Shown here piece by piece: positions 40,294 through 49,467 of a DNA stretch of 64,000 nucleotides (its first letter is position 1; every line of letters starts with the position of its first letter). The notes beneath the pieces were generated by a model, which was not told the DNA's origin, searched no databases, and was given only the letters and a program-made list of their open reading frames with translations. The translations under genes were made by a program, and so were the position numbers. Source of the stretch: an uncultured Collinsella sp. (GTDB lineage Bacteria; Actinomycetota; Coriobacteriia; Coriobacteriales; Coriobacteriaceae); the NCBI GenBank assembly GCA_902475245.1, contig CABRYP010000004.1:18482-82481 (forward strand), written 5' to 3'.

Positions 40294-40613
40294 GAAACAC
40301 CTTCCGATGGGGCTGGTAAAACTGATAAACAGCGTCAAACGTTTACCAGTATGCGCCGCTTTTGTTTCGATTTTGCGCCAGCGGCTGAATTGTCGGCTGA
40401 ACGGTTTGGTAAATCGATTTAGTGAAGGTAGATGTGTCGGTTGGGTGGAGACGACAGAGGGTGTTTTCTCAGATATTTATGCGTGGGGTCGGTGGAAACG
40501 ATGGTGGTAAAGATGTTCGCTATTTTTGGTTCGATTTGGTAAATAGTGGACATATGTACCGTATGTAGGCTCACTGTGCGATAATTTGCGCAGCAATGAG
40601 TAAGGAGCCTCAT

Positions 40614-41504
40614 ATGAGTGATTTTGTCCTGACCTGTGAATCCGCCGCCGACCGAACCCGTGAGTTCTTTGCGTCGCGCAATATCCCTGTCGTGTGTTTT
40701 CATTACGAGATCGACGATGTTGTCTATACGGACGATCTGTATCAGTCGATTACGCCGGACAAGTTTTTTGCCCAGATTGCCGCGGGCGCCATGCCCAAGA
40801 CGTCTCAGGTGAGCGTGGGTGAGTACGAGGAGTTTTGGGAGCCGTTTGTTGCCGAGGGTAAAGACGTGCTGCACCTGACGTTGTCGTCGGGTATTTCGGG
40901 CACGTATGGATCGGCCTGCGTCGCGGCGCAGATGCTTGCGGATCGCTATCCCGAGGGCGGCAAAGTGCGCGTCATCGATTCGCTGGCGGCGTCTTCGGGC
41001 TTTGGCCTGTTGTTGGAATATGCCGCCGATGTGCGCGATAGCGGGGCTTCACTCGACGAGACGGCTGCCTGGATCGAGGAGCACAAGCTCAACCTGCACC
41101 ACTGGTTCTTCTCGACCGATCTGTCGAGCTACCTGCGCGGCGGTCGCATTTCGGCCGCGAGCGCGATCATCGGCACGGCGCTTAAGATTTGCCCGCTTAT
41201 GACGGTCGATTGCGAAGGTAAGCTGTCGCCACGTGAGAAGATTCGCACTAAGAAGCGCGCGATTTCCGAGATGGCTAAGACCATGATGGCACACGTACAG
41301 GACGGTGCAGATTATTCGGGTAAGTGCATCATGTCGCAGTCGGCGTGTCGCGAGGACGCCGAGGCCGTTGCGGCACTGATAGAGGAACAGGTTCCGCAGC
41401 TCAAAGGTAAGATTGAGATCAATAGCATCGGTGCTCTGATTGGCTCGCATACCGGCCCTGGCACGGTGGCCGTCTTCTTTATGGGCGACAAGCGCGTGGA
41501 CTAA
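40614..41504 (+). CDS. DegV family fatty-acid binding protein
   Basis: 'PKTSQ', 'LSSGISGTY', 'L.RGGRIS', 'IGSHTGPG'. Confidence 0.93.
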   Translation: MSDFVLTCESAADRTREFFASRNIPVVCFHYEIDDVVYTDDLYQSITPDKFFAQIAAGAMPKTSQVSVGEYEEFWEPFVAEGKDVLHLTLSSGISGTYGSACVAAQMLADRYPEGGKVRVIDSLAASSGFGLLLEYAADVRDSGASLDETAAWIEEHKLNLHHWFFSTDLSSYLRGGRISAASAIIGTALKICPLMTVDCEGKLSPREKIRTKKRAISEMAKTMMAHVQDGADYSGKCIMSQSACREDAEAVAALIEEQVPQLKGKIEINSIGALIGSHTGPGTVAVFFMGDKRVD

Positions 41505-41566
41505 CGTTTGTGGGCTGGCTGACGGTTTTAACGGCTGCGCCTGTCCCTCCCGACATTCGATAACAG

Positions 41567-41602
41567 AAAAAGGCCCGTCCCGTTGTTTGCGGGACGGGCC
41601 TT
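41567..41602. terminator. Terminator hairpin between convergent genes
   Basis: AAAAAGGCCCGTCCCG..CGGGACGGGCCTT. Confidence 0.7.
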
Positions 41603-41612
41603 GCTGCTGCGG

Positions 41613-42704
41613 CTAGCGTTTCTTTCCGCGGAAGAAGAAGCCGTGCAGCGAGGGTTTGAGTCCGCGGCTGGCGCGACGCTCCTCGATATGATCGTGGATC
41701 GAAGCGACGCGTTCGATGACTTCGTCGGGGATCGGCACGTCGGGATTCATGTTCTCGACCTGGCTAACCTCGGCGGCGGCGACCTGGTCGATAATGGGCA
41801 CATCGTCGCGCGAGATGACGGGCGTGGCGTCTTCTTTCATCTTGCGGTATCGCTGCATCATGTCGGTCTGAAGCTGCTGGGCCGAAGGCGGCGTCCAGAT
41901 GATGGCGTTGGCGCCAGCGGCGATGGTTTCACGGATGCTCTCGGGCGTCTTGCCGCCCGGTGCGATGAGCGGCAGGTTGGGATAGTGCTCGCGCAGCTCG
42001 CGCAGGACCTGGGGCGTGTTTTTGCCGGCGGCGATGTTGAGAATCTTGGCTCCGGCGCGCACCTTGGCGTGAGCATCGTCGTCGCAGCGAACGACCGTGG
42101 CGATGACGGGGATGTCGGCGATGTTGGTGATGTGCTCGACCATCTCGGCAGTAGCGGGGGAGTTGACCACGCAGCCCGCCGCGCCCTGCATCTCGGATAC
42201 GGCCGCCATCTGCACGGAACGCTTACCGGTGGTGGTGCCGCCGCCAACGCCCACAAAGACCGGGCACTCGGCAACAGTCAGCAACGCTTGCGTAATGGCG
42301 GGCTGCGGCGTGAAGGGGTAGACGGCAAACACGGCGTCGGCATTGGAGTTGCGGATGACCGCCACGTCGGTGGTGTAGATGAGCGATTTGATGCGGCGGC
42401 CAAAGAGCGTAAAGCCGCTGGCCTCCTCGATCTCATCGGGCATACGGAGGGCTGCCTTGCGCAGACGCCCGTCGATGGGCAGCGGCTCCATGGGCAAAAG
42501 GCCGTTGGGAGTTACGGCCACCTGGGGCTCGGTAAATTCGTCTGCAAGCTCAACCTCGGAGAAGTCGACCGAGGCGACGATGTCCTCGTGAACCTCGGCG
42601 GGAACATCGATGGGGGCTTGGTCGTTCGTCGCGGCAGGCGTCTCGAAGGAGCTGGTGCCGACAAAGGCGTCGACGCGCTCGTTCAAATCGTTGAGAGAAT
42701 CCAT
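41613..42704 (-). CDS. Uncharacterised TIM-barrel (ribulose-phosphate-binding-like) protein
   Basis: 'KSLIYTTDVAVIRN.NADAV.AVYPFTPQP', 'GVGGGTTTG', 'AGANAI.WTPP'; acidic low-complexity termini. Confidence 0.7.
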   Translation of the reverse strand: MDSLNDLNERVDAFVGTSSFETPAATNDQAPIDVPAEVHEDIVASVDFSEVELADEFTEPQVAVTPNGLLPMEPLPIDGRLRKAALRMPDEIEEASGFTLFGRRIKSLIYTTDVAVIRNSNADAVFAVYPFTPQPAITQALLTVAECPVFVGVGGGTTTGKRSVQMAAVSEMQGAAGCVVNSPATAEMVEHITNIADIPVIATVVRCDDDAHAKVRAGAKILNIAAGKNTPQVLRELREHYPNLPLIAPGGKTPESIRETIAAGANAIIWTPPSAQQLQTDMMQRYRKMKEDATPVISRDDVPIIDQVAAAEVSQVENMNPDVPIPDEVIERVASIHDHIEERRASRGLKPSLHGFFFRGKKR

Positions 42705-42896
42705 GGCGGTCCGTTTCTATGCTGTGCGGTCGGCAGTGTACGACCGGCGTTGCGAGTGCTAAATCGTTTGACGAGTTGATTTTTCCCCGCTGCGCCATCC
42801 GTTAGACTGAAGGGCCGGCGAACGTGAAGGAGCTGTGGTGGCGGGAATCGAGGTGCTATCTTGAATGTCCCGTATACAAAAGAGAGGTGACGCGGT

Positions 42897-43067
42897 ATGG
42901 AATTCTCGGCAATGTTGGGCTCGATTGGCCTATGCGTGGGCGCAATCGTTGCCGCCGCGGTCATCTACTTTGCGGTCACGACCATCAAGGGCAAAAAGGC
43001 TGAGCGCAAGGAGCGTGAAGCGCTTGCGCGGCATAAGGACCAGCAGGACAGGCGCGCACGGCGATAG
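42897..43067 (+). CDS. Small single-pass membrane protein (56 aa; absent from ORF track)
   Basis: GAGAGGTG RBS; MEFSAMLGSIGLCVGAIVAAAVIYFAVTTIKGKKAERKEREALARHKDQQDRRARR. Confidence 0.7.
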   Translation: MEFSAMLGSIGLCVGAIVAAAVIYFAVTTIKGKKAERKEREALARHKDQQDRRARR

Positions 43068-43091
43068 CTTGTTGAGTTTTGAATCCGTGCG

Positions 43092-44195
43092 CTAGCTGCG
43101 TTTTCGGACCAGGGCGATATAGAAGCCCTCAAAGTCGCGACTGGGCGGAATGGTCAGCGTGCCGGGCATGCCGTTGGCAATGGCCGAGACGTGGCCTTCG
43201 GCAATGGCTTCGGTAAGGGCGTTGCACTCGATATGCGGATCCTCGCCGGCACCCTGGGCGCGACGCGCTTCGCTTTCGCTTGGCGTGCCGTCGAGGGGGA
43301 TGAGCTCGCAGTCCATGTGCTTGTCGAGGGCCTCTTGCAGGGCATCCTCGTTTTCCTGCGGCAAGATCGAACACGTCGAATAGACGAGCGTGCCGCCCGG
43401 TTTGAGGGCCCCCATGGCGCGGTCCAGAAGCGCGCGCTGCGAGCGGGCGCACTTAACGAGCAACTGTTCGGTGAGGCCGCGCAGGCTCTTTTCGTTGCCG
43501 CTGATGACGGTGCCCGTGCCGGTGCAGGGGGCGTCGAGCAGGATACGGTCAAAGCGGAAGAACTCGTCGAGCTCGCGTGCGTCAATGCGCATGACGGGCA
43601 CGTTTTTGGCGCCCTGGCGGCCCAAGTTTGCCTCGAGCTTTTCGGCGCGGGGAATGCTCATCTCACAGGCGGTGAGGTGCGCCTGTCCCTGGGTGAGGGC
43701 GGCGATCTGCGTCGTCTTGCCGCCGGGGGCCGCGCACATGTCCAGGATGTCCTCGCCGGCCTGGGCGCCCAGCACCAAAGGCGGCATCATGGACGACAAG
43801 CTCTGCAGATAGATTTTGCCGTCACGGTAGATGTCGAGATCCCACAGATCGGAAACCTGGGCCTCGGGCAAGATGAACGCGTCCGGGTACCACGCGACGG
43901 AGCGGTGGGCGATCCCGGCGGCGTCGAGTGCCGCGGCAATGTCCTCGGCGGTCGCCTTGAGCGTGTTGGCGCGCAGCGTGACTGGGCGCGCGGCTGCGGC
44001 GCCAAAGCCCTCGATCATGAGCTCGGCATCGGCAGGCGTATAGGCACCGGCAACCGTGTCGACCATAAAGCGCGGCAGGTCGGCGGCGGAGTGTTGGGCG
44101 GCAAGCCGGTCGGAAAGCTCGGTAGCGGCAAACTGCCTAAGCTTGAGCTCGGGCTTAACCTGCTTTTTCTGCTTACGACGACGCGGCTTGGACAT
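43092..44195 (-). CDS. RsmB/RsmF (NOL1/NOP2) RNA m5C methyltransferase
   Basis: 'LDMCAAPGGKT', 'LLDAPCTG', 'LVYSTCS..ENE'. Confidence 0.92.
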   Translation of the reverse strand: MSKPRRRKQKKQVKPELKLRQFAATELSDRLAAQHSAADLPRFMVDTVAGAYTPADAELMIEGFGAAAARPVTLRANTLKATAEDIAAALDAAGIAHRSVAWYPDAFILPEAQVSDLWDLDIYRDGKIYLQSLSSMMPPLVLGAQAGEDILDMCAAPGGKTTQIAALTQGQAHLTACEMSIPRAEKLEANLGRQGAKNVPVMRIDARELDEFFRFDRILLDAPCTGTGTVISGNEKSLRGLTEQLLVKCARSQRALLDRAMGALKPGGTLVYSTCSILPQENEDALQEALDKHMDCELIPLDGTPSESEARRAQGAGEDPHIECNALTEAIAEGHVSAIANGMPGTLTIPPSRDFEGFYIALVRKRS

Positions 44196-44254
44196 CCGTC
44201 TTTCCTTCCCGTCCCAAATTGACTACTTTCCGGGCACGCTGCTGCCGGCGTGCT

Positions 44255-46405
44255 TTAGTACTGGCTCTCGTGCTTGCTAAAGAAGTCGAAGCGCGGGGGC
44301 AGCGGCTTCACGCGGTGCTCGCCGGGCTTCTCGCCCAGGCTCTCCATAAACTCGTCCGTAGAGGCAAAGATGTTGTCCCAGCTAAAGAAGGCGACCGGAT
44401 CGACGTCGAAGTACTCGCAGATGAGCTCGCAGCCGGCCGGGACGATGCCGTGCATGAGCACGGTCGCCACGCGCAGCTCGGTAAAGGCGTCGACCAGGGC
44501 CTGCTTCATGGCGGCGTTGGCTGGTTCGCCCTCGAGCTTGTTGGCGGCCTTGGAGGCGTCGCTCCAGCGCTTGTTGGCGGCGCGCAGGTAGTCGTCGCAC
44601 ACGGCGAGCGCACGGTGCGTCTCGAACTTGTACATGGCCTGCTCAAAGGCAAGGGCGGCCTGCTCGGCAGCCTCGACCACGGCGGCAGAGGCGGCACCGG
44701 CGGGGATGCAACCGTTGCGGTACGGGCTCTCGTCGCCCTCCTTGACGGCGACGCCGTAGAAGCAGCTGCGGGCCAGGCGGTTGAACACGCCGGTCAAAAG
44801 AGCGCTCTCCTTAAGGGCAGGATCGATGACGCGCTTGTCGTCGCAGGCGCGCACCTCGTTGCCGTCCTTGTCCTTGCCGGTCACGCGCGTGTCATATGCC
44901 TTGGGGCTAAAGCTCACCGGCTTCTCGGACAGACCGAGCGACAGCCAATGCGCGCGCATCTGCTCGCAGGTGTAGTGGTTGAGCAAGTCGTCTGCCGGCG
45001 GGGGAGGCGTCTGCGAGGACGAGCTGGCCTTTTTGCCCATGTAGAGCAGGTGGTAACAGGCGCTGACGGTGCTCTGCGTGAGGTTCCAACCCAGGGCCTC
45101 CCACATGGCGGTCTGCGCGATGCAGTAGAAGTAGATGTTGTCCTGGCCGATGAACTGGTAGATCTGCGCGTCGTCCGAGCACCACCAGTCGCGCCAGTCG
45201 AGTGAGCTGTGCTGATAGGTGGGCGCGGGGACCTGCGTGGAATCGGCGGAGGGCTCGCCCATGAGGGCGGCATCCTGGGCGGCGACACCCTCAGTTACGC
45301 CGGCGGCGCGGGCATCGCGGGCGAGCACGGTGCGGGTGTAGCTGATGGGCGCCCACAGACTCTCGGGCCAGCACCAGCAGGTGACGTCGTTCACGCCGTC
45401 GACCTCGGGCACCGGAACGCCCCAGTCGATGTTGCCGGTGATGCGGAAGGGCACGAGCGCCTTGCCGCTACGGAAGCGCACACCGCCGTTGGCGAGCACC
45501 GCGTGGGCGTCGTCGCGCTCCTTCCAGCTGGGGAAGGTGACGGTAAAGCTGCTCTTGTTGCCCTCGGGCTCCAGCACGGTGTGCTCGGGGAGCTGGTCCT
45601 CGACGGCGTCGAAGGCCTCGCGGAACTTGTTCTGGATGTAGAGCTGTGCCGGCAGCAGCCACTCTTCCATGGTCCTGGAGACCACGGAGCGAACCTGCGG
45701 GTTCTGGGCGAGCTTGGCGGTGTAGGTCTTCATAAAGTCGAGGTAGGCCGGCAGGTCGAAGTAGAGGTTGTCGACCGGGCGCAGCTCGGGCACCTCGCCG
45801 GTGAGCTGGCTCTTGGGAGCGATGAGCTCCTCGGGCTCAAACTGGTGACCCAGGTCGCACTCGTCGGCGTAGGCTTTCTCGGACTTGCAGCCCTGAATGG
45901 GGCAGCGGCCGATCACCTGACGGCCGTTGAGGAACGTGCCGGCCTTGGCGTCGTAGAACTGCAGCGTGGAGCGCTTGGAGATGGTGCCCTGCTCGTGCAG
46001 GCGCTCGATAATTTCGGCGGTCACCTCGTTGTGAATCTGCGCAGCCGGCTCAAGGCCCGAGCCGCCGTAGATGTCGCAGCTGATGTTGTAGTTGTTGAGG
46101 GTCGCGGCCTGGCGGGAGTGATTGGACTCGACATACTCGCCGATGGACTTGTCGTAGCCTTCGTTTTCCTTGAGCTTGCGGTAGCTCTCCATGATGGGCG
46201 AGCCGTAGCAGTCGGTGCCCGAGGTGAAGATGACGTTCTCGCGGCCCAGACGGTCGCGCAGGAAACGGGCGAAGAAGTCGGCCGGGACAAAGACGCCGCC
46301 GACGTGGCCAAAGTGAAGGCCCTTGTTGCCGTAGGGCTCTCCGGCGGTAACGATGGCGCGGCGAGGCCAGCTGGGACGGTCGTTCATGGAGTATTTGGAT
46401 GCCAT
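44255..46405 (-). CDS. metG: Methionine--tRNA ligase (class I, divergent)
   Basis: 'PYGN..LHFGH', 'GTDCYG', Zn knuckle 'GRCP..GC...ADEC', 'DWGVPVP', 'FIGQDN', 'KKASSS'. Confidence 0.85.
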   Translation of the reverse strand: MASKYSMNDRPSWPRRAIVTAGEPYGNKGLHFGHVGGVFVPADFFARFLRDRLGRENVIFTSGTDCYGSPIMESYRKLKENEGYDKSIGEYVESNHSRQAATLNNYNISCDIYGGSGLEPAAQIHNEVTAEIIERLHEQGTISKRSTLQFYDAKAGTFLNGRQVIGRCPIQGCKSEKAYADECDLGHQFEPEELIAPKSQLTGEVPELRPVDNLYFDLPAYLDFMKTYTAKLAQNPQVRSVVSRTMEEWLLPAQLYIQNKFREAFDAVEDQLPEHTVLEPEGNKSSFTVTFPSWKERDDAHAVLANGGVRFRSGKALVPFRITGNIDWGVPVPEVDGVNDVTCWCWPESLWAPISYTRTVLARDARAAGVTEGVAAQDAALMGEPSADSTQVPAPTYQHSSLDWRDWWCSDDAQIYQFIGQDNIYFYCIAQTAMWEALGWNLTQSTVSACYHLLYMGKKASSSSQTPPPPADDLLNHYTCEQMRAHWLSLGLSEKPVSFSPKAYDTRVTGKDKDGNEVRACDDKRVIDPALKESALLTGVFNRLARSCFYGVAVKEGDESPYRNGCIPAGAASAAVVEAAEQAALAFEQAMYKFETHRALAVCDDYLRAANKRWSDASKAANKLEGEPANAAMKQALVDAFTELRVATVLMHGIVPAGCELICEYFDVDPVAFFSWDNIFASTDEFMESLGEKPGEHRVKPLPPRFDFFSKHESQY

Positions 46406-46537
46406 GGGACTCCTTCGCATATGGTGAGAGCGCGGCCGGGCGCAAGGCCTGGCGACGCGGTGGTCAATTCGTGCATATCGTTCGACATTATCGCACATGC
46501 GGACGGGTACGTGGCAGGGGCGCTATCCTAAGATGCT

Positions 46538-47107
46538 ATGAATGAGATTTCCAACATACATGCGTTTGAGGACGAGGATTTTCTGCACGCCTGCTTTGTG
46601 TGGGGGATGGCAGTGCTTGGCGCATTTGCCGTGTGCCTGGTGCCGGTGTTTATGCTGCTGGGCGGGCCTGCGGACTTGGATGCGGCTGATGCGGGCGGCT
46701 GGACGGCCGTCTTGGGCTGGCTAGTCGGCTTAGCTGCGGTTTCTGCGGCGTCATTTGCCGTGCACGAGCTGGTGCACGGTGTGTTTTTTAAGCTGCTGGC
46801 GCCTTCGGGCGCGCAGGTGACCTTTGGGGCGAATCTCAAAACCTGCATGATTTACGCCTGCGCCGAAGGCGTGGTGTATTCGCGCCGGCGGTACATGGCG
46901 GTTTGCCTGGCGCCGACGGTTGTTGTGACGACAGCGTTTGCCCTGGGGTTTGCGTTCTCGGGCTATCCGCTGTTGTGCTACCTGGTGGCCGGCTTGCATT
47001 TGTCGGGCTGTGTGGGCGACTGGTATTACGTGTGGACCATTTTGCGCGACCGCCGTATTGTCGCCTGCGAGGACACGTCCTTTGGCGTGCGCTTTTTCGC
47101 AAGGTAG
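46538..47107 (+). CDS. DUF3267 family membrane protein (putative zincin, HExxH)
   Basis: 'VHELVHG', 'LAP', 'GCVGD'; several TMs. Confidence 0.8.
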   Translation: MNEISNIHAFEDEDFLHACFVWGMAVLGAFAVCLVPVFMLLGGPADLDAADAGGWTAVLGWLVGLAAVSAASFAVHELVHGVFFKLLAPSGAQVTFGANLKTCMIYACAEGVVYSRRRYMAVCLAPTVVVTTAFALGFAFSGYPLLCYLVAGLHLSGCVGDWYYVWTILRDRRIVACEDTSFGVRFFAR

Positions 47108-47117
47108 TCTTTTTGGG

Positions 47118-47193
47118 ATGATTTTTCTGGGACGGGGATTAAAAAATCATTGCGTACCTAATGATTTTTTAATCCCCGTCCCAGAAAAATCAT
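47118..47193. repeat. Perfect palindrome (34-bp arms, 8-bp spacer); REP-doublet-like
   Basis: ATGATTTTTCTGGGACGGGGATTAAAAAATCATT and its exact reverse complement. Confidence 0.85.
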
Positions 47194-47212
47194 TGCGGGT
47201 GAGGAGATGTTG

Positions 47213-47788
47213 ATGAAGCCGTTGTTGCTGCACGCCTGCTGTGCGCCGTGCTCGCTTGAGCCGGTTCGCCTGCTGCGCGAGGAGGGGTTTGAGCCCACGA
47301 TCTGCTGGACTAACCCCAATATTCAGCCGCACGATGAATGGCAGCGGCGTCTGGACGAGCTGCGCCGGTGGTGTGCCGATGGCGACATCGAGCTCATCGA
47401 GGCGGGGGAGGACCGCGAGCGCTGGGAGGCCGGCGTGGCCCCGCTGGGCGCCGATCGGCCCCGTCGCTGTCGCGCGTGCTATGCCCTGCGCTTGGCCGAG
47501 GCGTGCCGTGTGGCCCAGGAGCGTGGGTTTGAATATGTGGGCACGACGCTCGCCGTCTCGCCGTATCAGTTGTTCGAAACCTGCAATGATGTGTTGGAGC
47601 GTCTGGCTGCCGCCCGCGGTCTAACTCCGGTAATTCGCGATTTTCGCCCGTATTATCCCGAGGCCACGCGTCGTTCGCGCGAGCTGGGCATGTATCGGCA
47701 GAATTATTGCGGCTGCCGATTCTCGTCCGTCGAGGCGGCCATGGACCGCGCCCGCATCCGCGACGAGCGCAAAGCGTCCAAAAAGTAG
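47213..47788 (+). CDS. queH: Epoxyqueuosine reductase QueH
   Basis: 'LLLHACCAPCS', 'NPNI.P', 'RC..CY..RL', 'YRQNYCGC.FS'. Confidence 0.93.
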   Translation: MKPLLLHACCAPCSLEPVRLLREEGFEPTICWTNPNIQPHDEWQRRLDELRRWCADGDIELIEAGEDRERWEAGVAPLGADRPRRCRACYALRLAEACRVAQERGFEYVGTTLAVSPYQLFETCNDVLERLAAARGLTPVIRDFRPYYPEATRRSRELGMYRQNYCGCRFSSVEAAMDRARIRDERKASKK

Positions 47789-47858
47789 TTCTTTTGGGCT
47801 GACAGCCTGCTAGGATGTAGAGCGGACTTTAGCTATATAAGGAGTATCCGACGTGTCT

Positions 47859-49070
47859 ATGCGTACCGAAGATTTTGACTACAACCTTCCCGAGGAACTG
47901 ATCGCCCAGGCTCCTGCCGAGCCGCGCGACTCCTGCCGCCTGCTGGTGGTGGATCGCAAGGGCTCCCAGGCGGGAACGCCGCTGGAGCACGGCGGTACCG
48001 TCGAGCACCGCATCTTCCGCGACATCATCGACTATATCGAGCCGGGCGATGTGCTCGTCATCAACAAGACGCGCGTGATGCCGGCCCGCCTGATCGGCCG
48101 CAAGGCCGGCTCGGGTGGCGTGGTCGAGACGCTGCTGCTCAAGCGCCGCGAAGATGTTGACCCGCTGGGTCACGTTTGGGAGTGCCTGGTCAAGCCGGGC
48201 AAGCGTCTGAAGCCCGGTGCTCAGATTGAGTATCGCGCCGGTGGCGCCCATGCGCCCGAGGGGGCTCCCGTGGTGCTGACAGCCGAGGTTGTCGACTTTG
48301 TCACCGATAGCCGCGGTGGCCGCCTGGTGCGCTTTGAGCCGGCCGGGTGCAATGCCGCCGGCGACCCGCGCACGCTCGACGAGGCCATCCATGCTGCCGG
48401 CCACGTGCCGCTGCCGCCCTACATTACCGATTACGAGGGAGATCCCGAGAAGTACCAGACCGTTTACGCCATGAAGGAGGAGCACTCGGCTGCCGCTCCC
48501 ACGGCGGGCCTACACTTTACCCCCGAGCTCATGGCCGCTATCGAGGCCAAGGGTGCGAAGTTTGCCGCCGTTGAGCTCGAGGTGGGCATCGACACCTTCC
48601 GCTTGGTTGAGGAGGACGACCCTACGCAGCACGTCATGCACACCGAGCGCTACCACGTGTCGCAGGAAGTTGTCGACGCCGTGCATAAGGCGAAGGCCGA
48701 GGGGCACCGCGTAATCGCCGTCGGCACCACCGCAGTGCGTTCGCTCGAGAGTGCGTTCGATGCGGAGGCGCCGGTGTCCGATCCGGCTGTGACGGCGCGC
48801 TATTTTGAGGGCCGCGAGGACGGCGCTGACACGCTCGGCCGCGGTGACATCGTGGTGCGCGAGAACGCGACAACGCAGCTCTACCTCATGCCCGGCTCGA
48901 CCTATCACGTGGTTGACGCACTGATCACGAACTTCCACGTGCCGCGCTCTACGCTCATGATGCTCGTGAGCGCGCTTGCCTCCCGCGACCAGATCATGGA
49001 TGCCTACGCCGCTGCTATCGAAGAGCGTTACCGCTTCTTCAGCTTTGGCGACGCCATGCTCATTTGTTAG
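47859..49070 (+). CDS. queA: SAM:tRNA ribosyltransferase-isomerase QueA
   Basis: 'FDYNLPEELIAQ', 'PLPPYI', 'AAPTAGLHF', 'TNFH.PRSTL', 'RFFSFGDAM'. Confidence 0.96.
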   Translation: MRTEDFDYNLPEELIAQAPAEPRDSCRLLVVDRKGSQAGTPLEHGGTVEHRIFRDIIDYIEPGDVLVINKTRVMPARLIGRKAGSGGVVETLLLKRREDVDPLGHVWECLVKPGKRLKPGAQIEYRAGGAHAPEGAPVVLTAEVVDFVTDSRGGRLVRFEPAGCNAAGDPRTLDEAIHAAGHVPLPPYITDYEGDPEKYQTVYAMKEEHSAAAPTAGLHFTPELMAAIEAKGAKFAAVELEVGIDTFRLVEEDDPTQHVMHTERYHVSQEVVDAVHKAKAEGHRVIAVGTTAVRSLESAFDAEAPVSDPAVTARYFEGREDGADTLGRGDIVVRENATTQLYLMPGSTYHVVDALITNFHVPRSTLMMLVSALASRDQIMDAYAAAIEERYRFFSFGDAMLIC

Positions 49071-49312
49071 TTACGCGGTTCTACGAACCGCGTAACTGCT
49101 CGACGCTGCAAACGCCCCTAAGCGGCAATCTGACGTTCAATCGTCGGGCATGACCAGAAGGTCAATGCCCTCCTCTTTCACGTCACCTTGCTCGCTTAGG
49201 GGCGTTTTCGCTGACTTCGCCTAAACATTGGCGTTGCCGTGATTCAACCTGCCAAAAAGGGACAGGTTTATTTTGGCAGGTTTTATCTGGGCAAACGTTG
49301 TTGGTGCAATGG
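49070..49312. repeat. Structured intergenic repeat, copy 1
   Basis: Short hairpin + long interrupted hairpin + GGGACAGG-loop hairpin; homologous to 52329-52473 plus 54004-54105. Confidence 0.8.
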
Positions 49313-49372
49313 GGACTGGTCTATATACACCAAGTTGGTGCAAAGTAGCCTGACCCCTTTGCACCAATAAAA

Positions 49373-49440
49373 AAGTTGCGGTGAGATAGTTCTTGAATTG
49401 GCCTTTTTGATGGCTAAACAGGAACTATCTCACCGCAACT
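49373..49440. repeat. REP-like palindrome, TTGCGGTG..CACCGCAA family, copy 1
   Basis: AGTTGCGGTGAGATAGTTC..GAACTATCTCACCGCAACT; other copies at 56973 and 60247. Confidence 0.85.
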
Positions 49441-49467
49441 GCGTTGAGCGTTTTTTTGGCAGCTAGT

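Noticed and set aside
46406..46537. T-box or SAM riboswitch before metG
   Set aside because: Leader is short and has no T-box (AAGGTGGTACC-like) or S-box motif.
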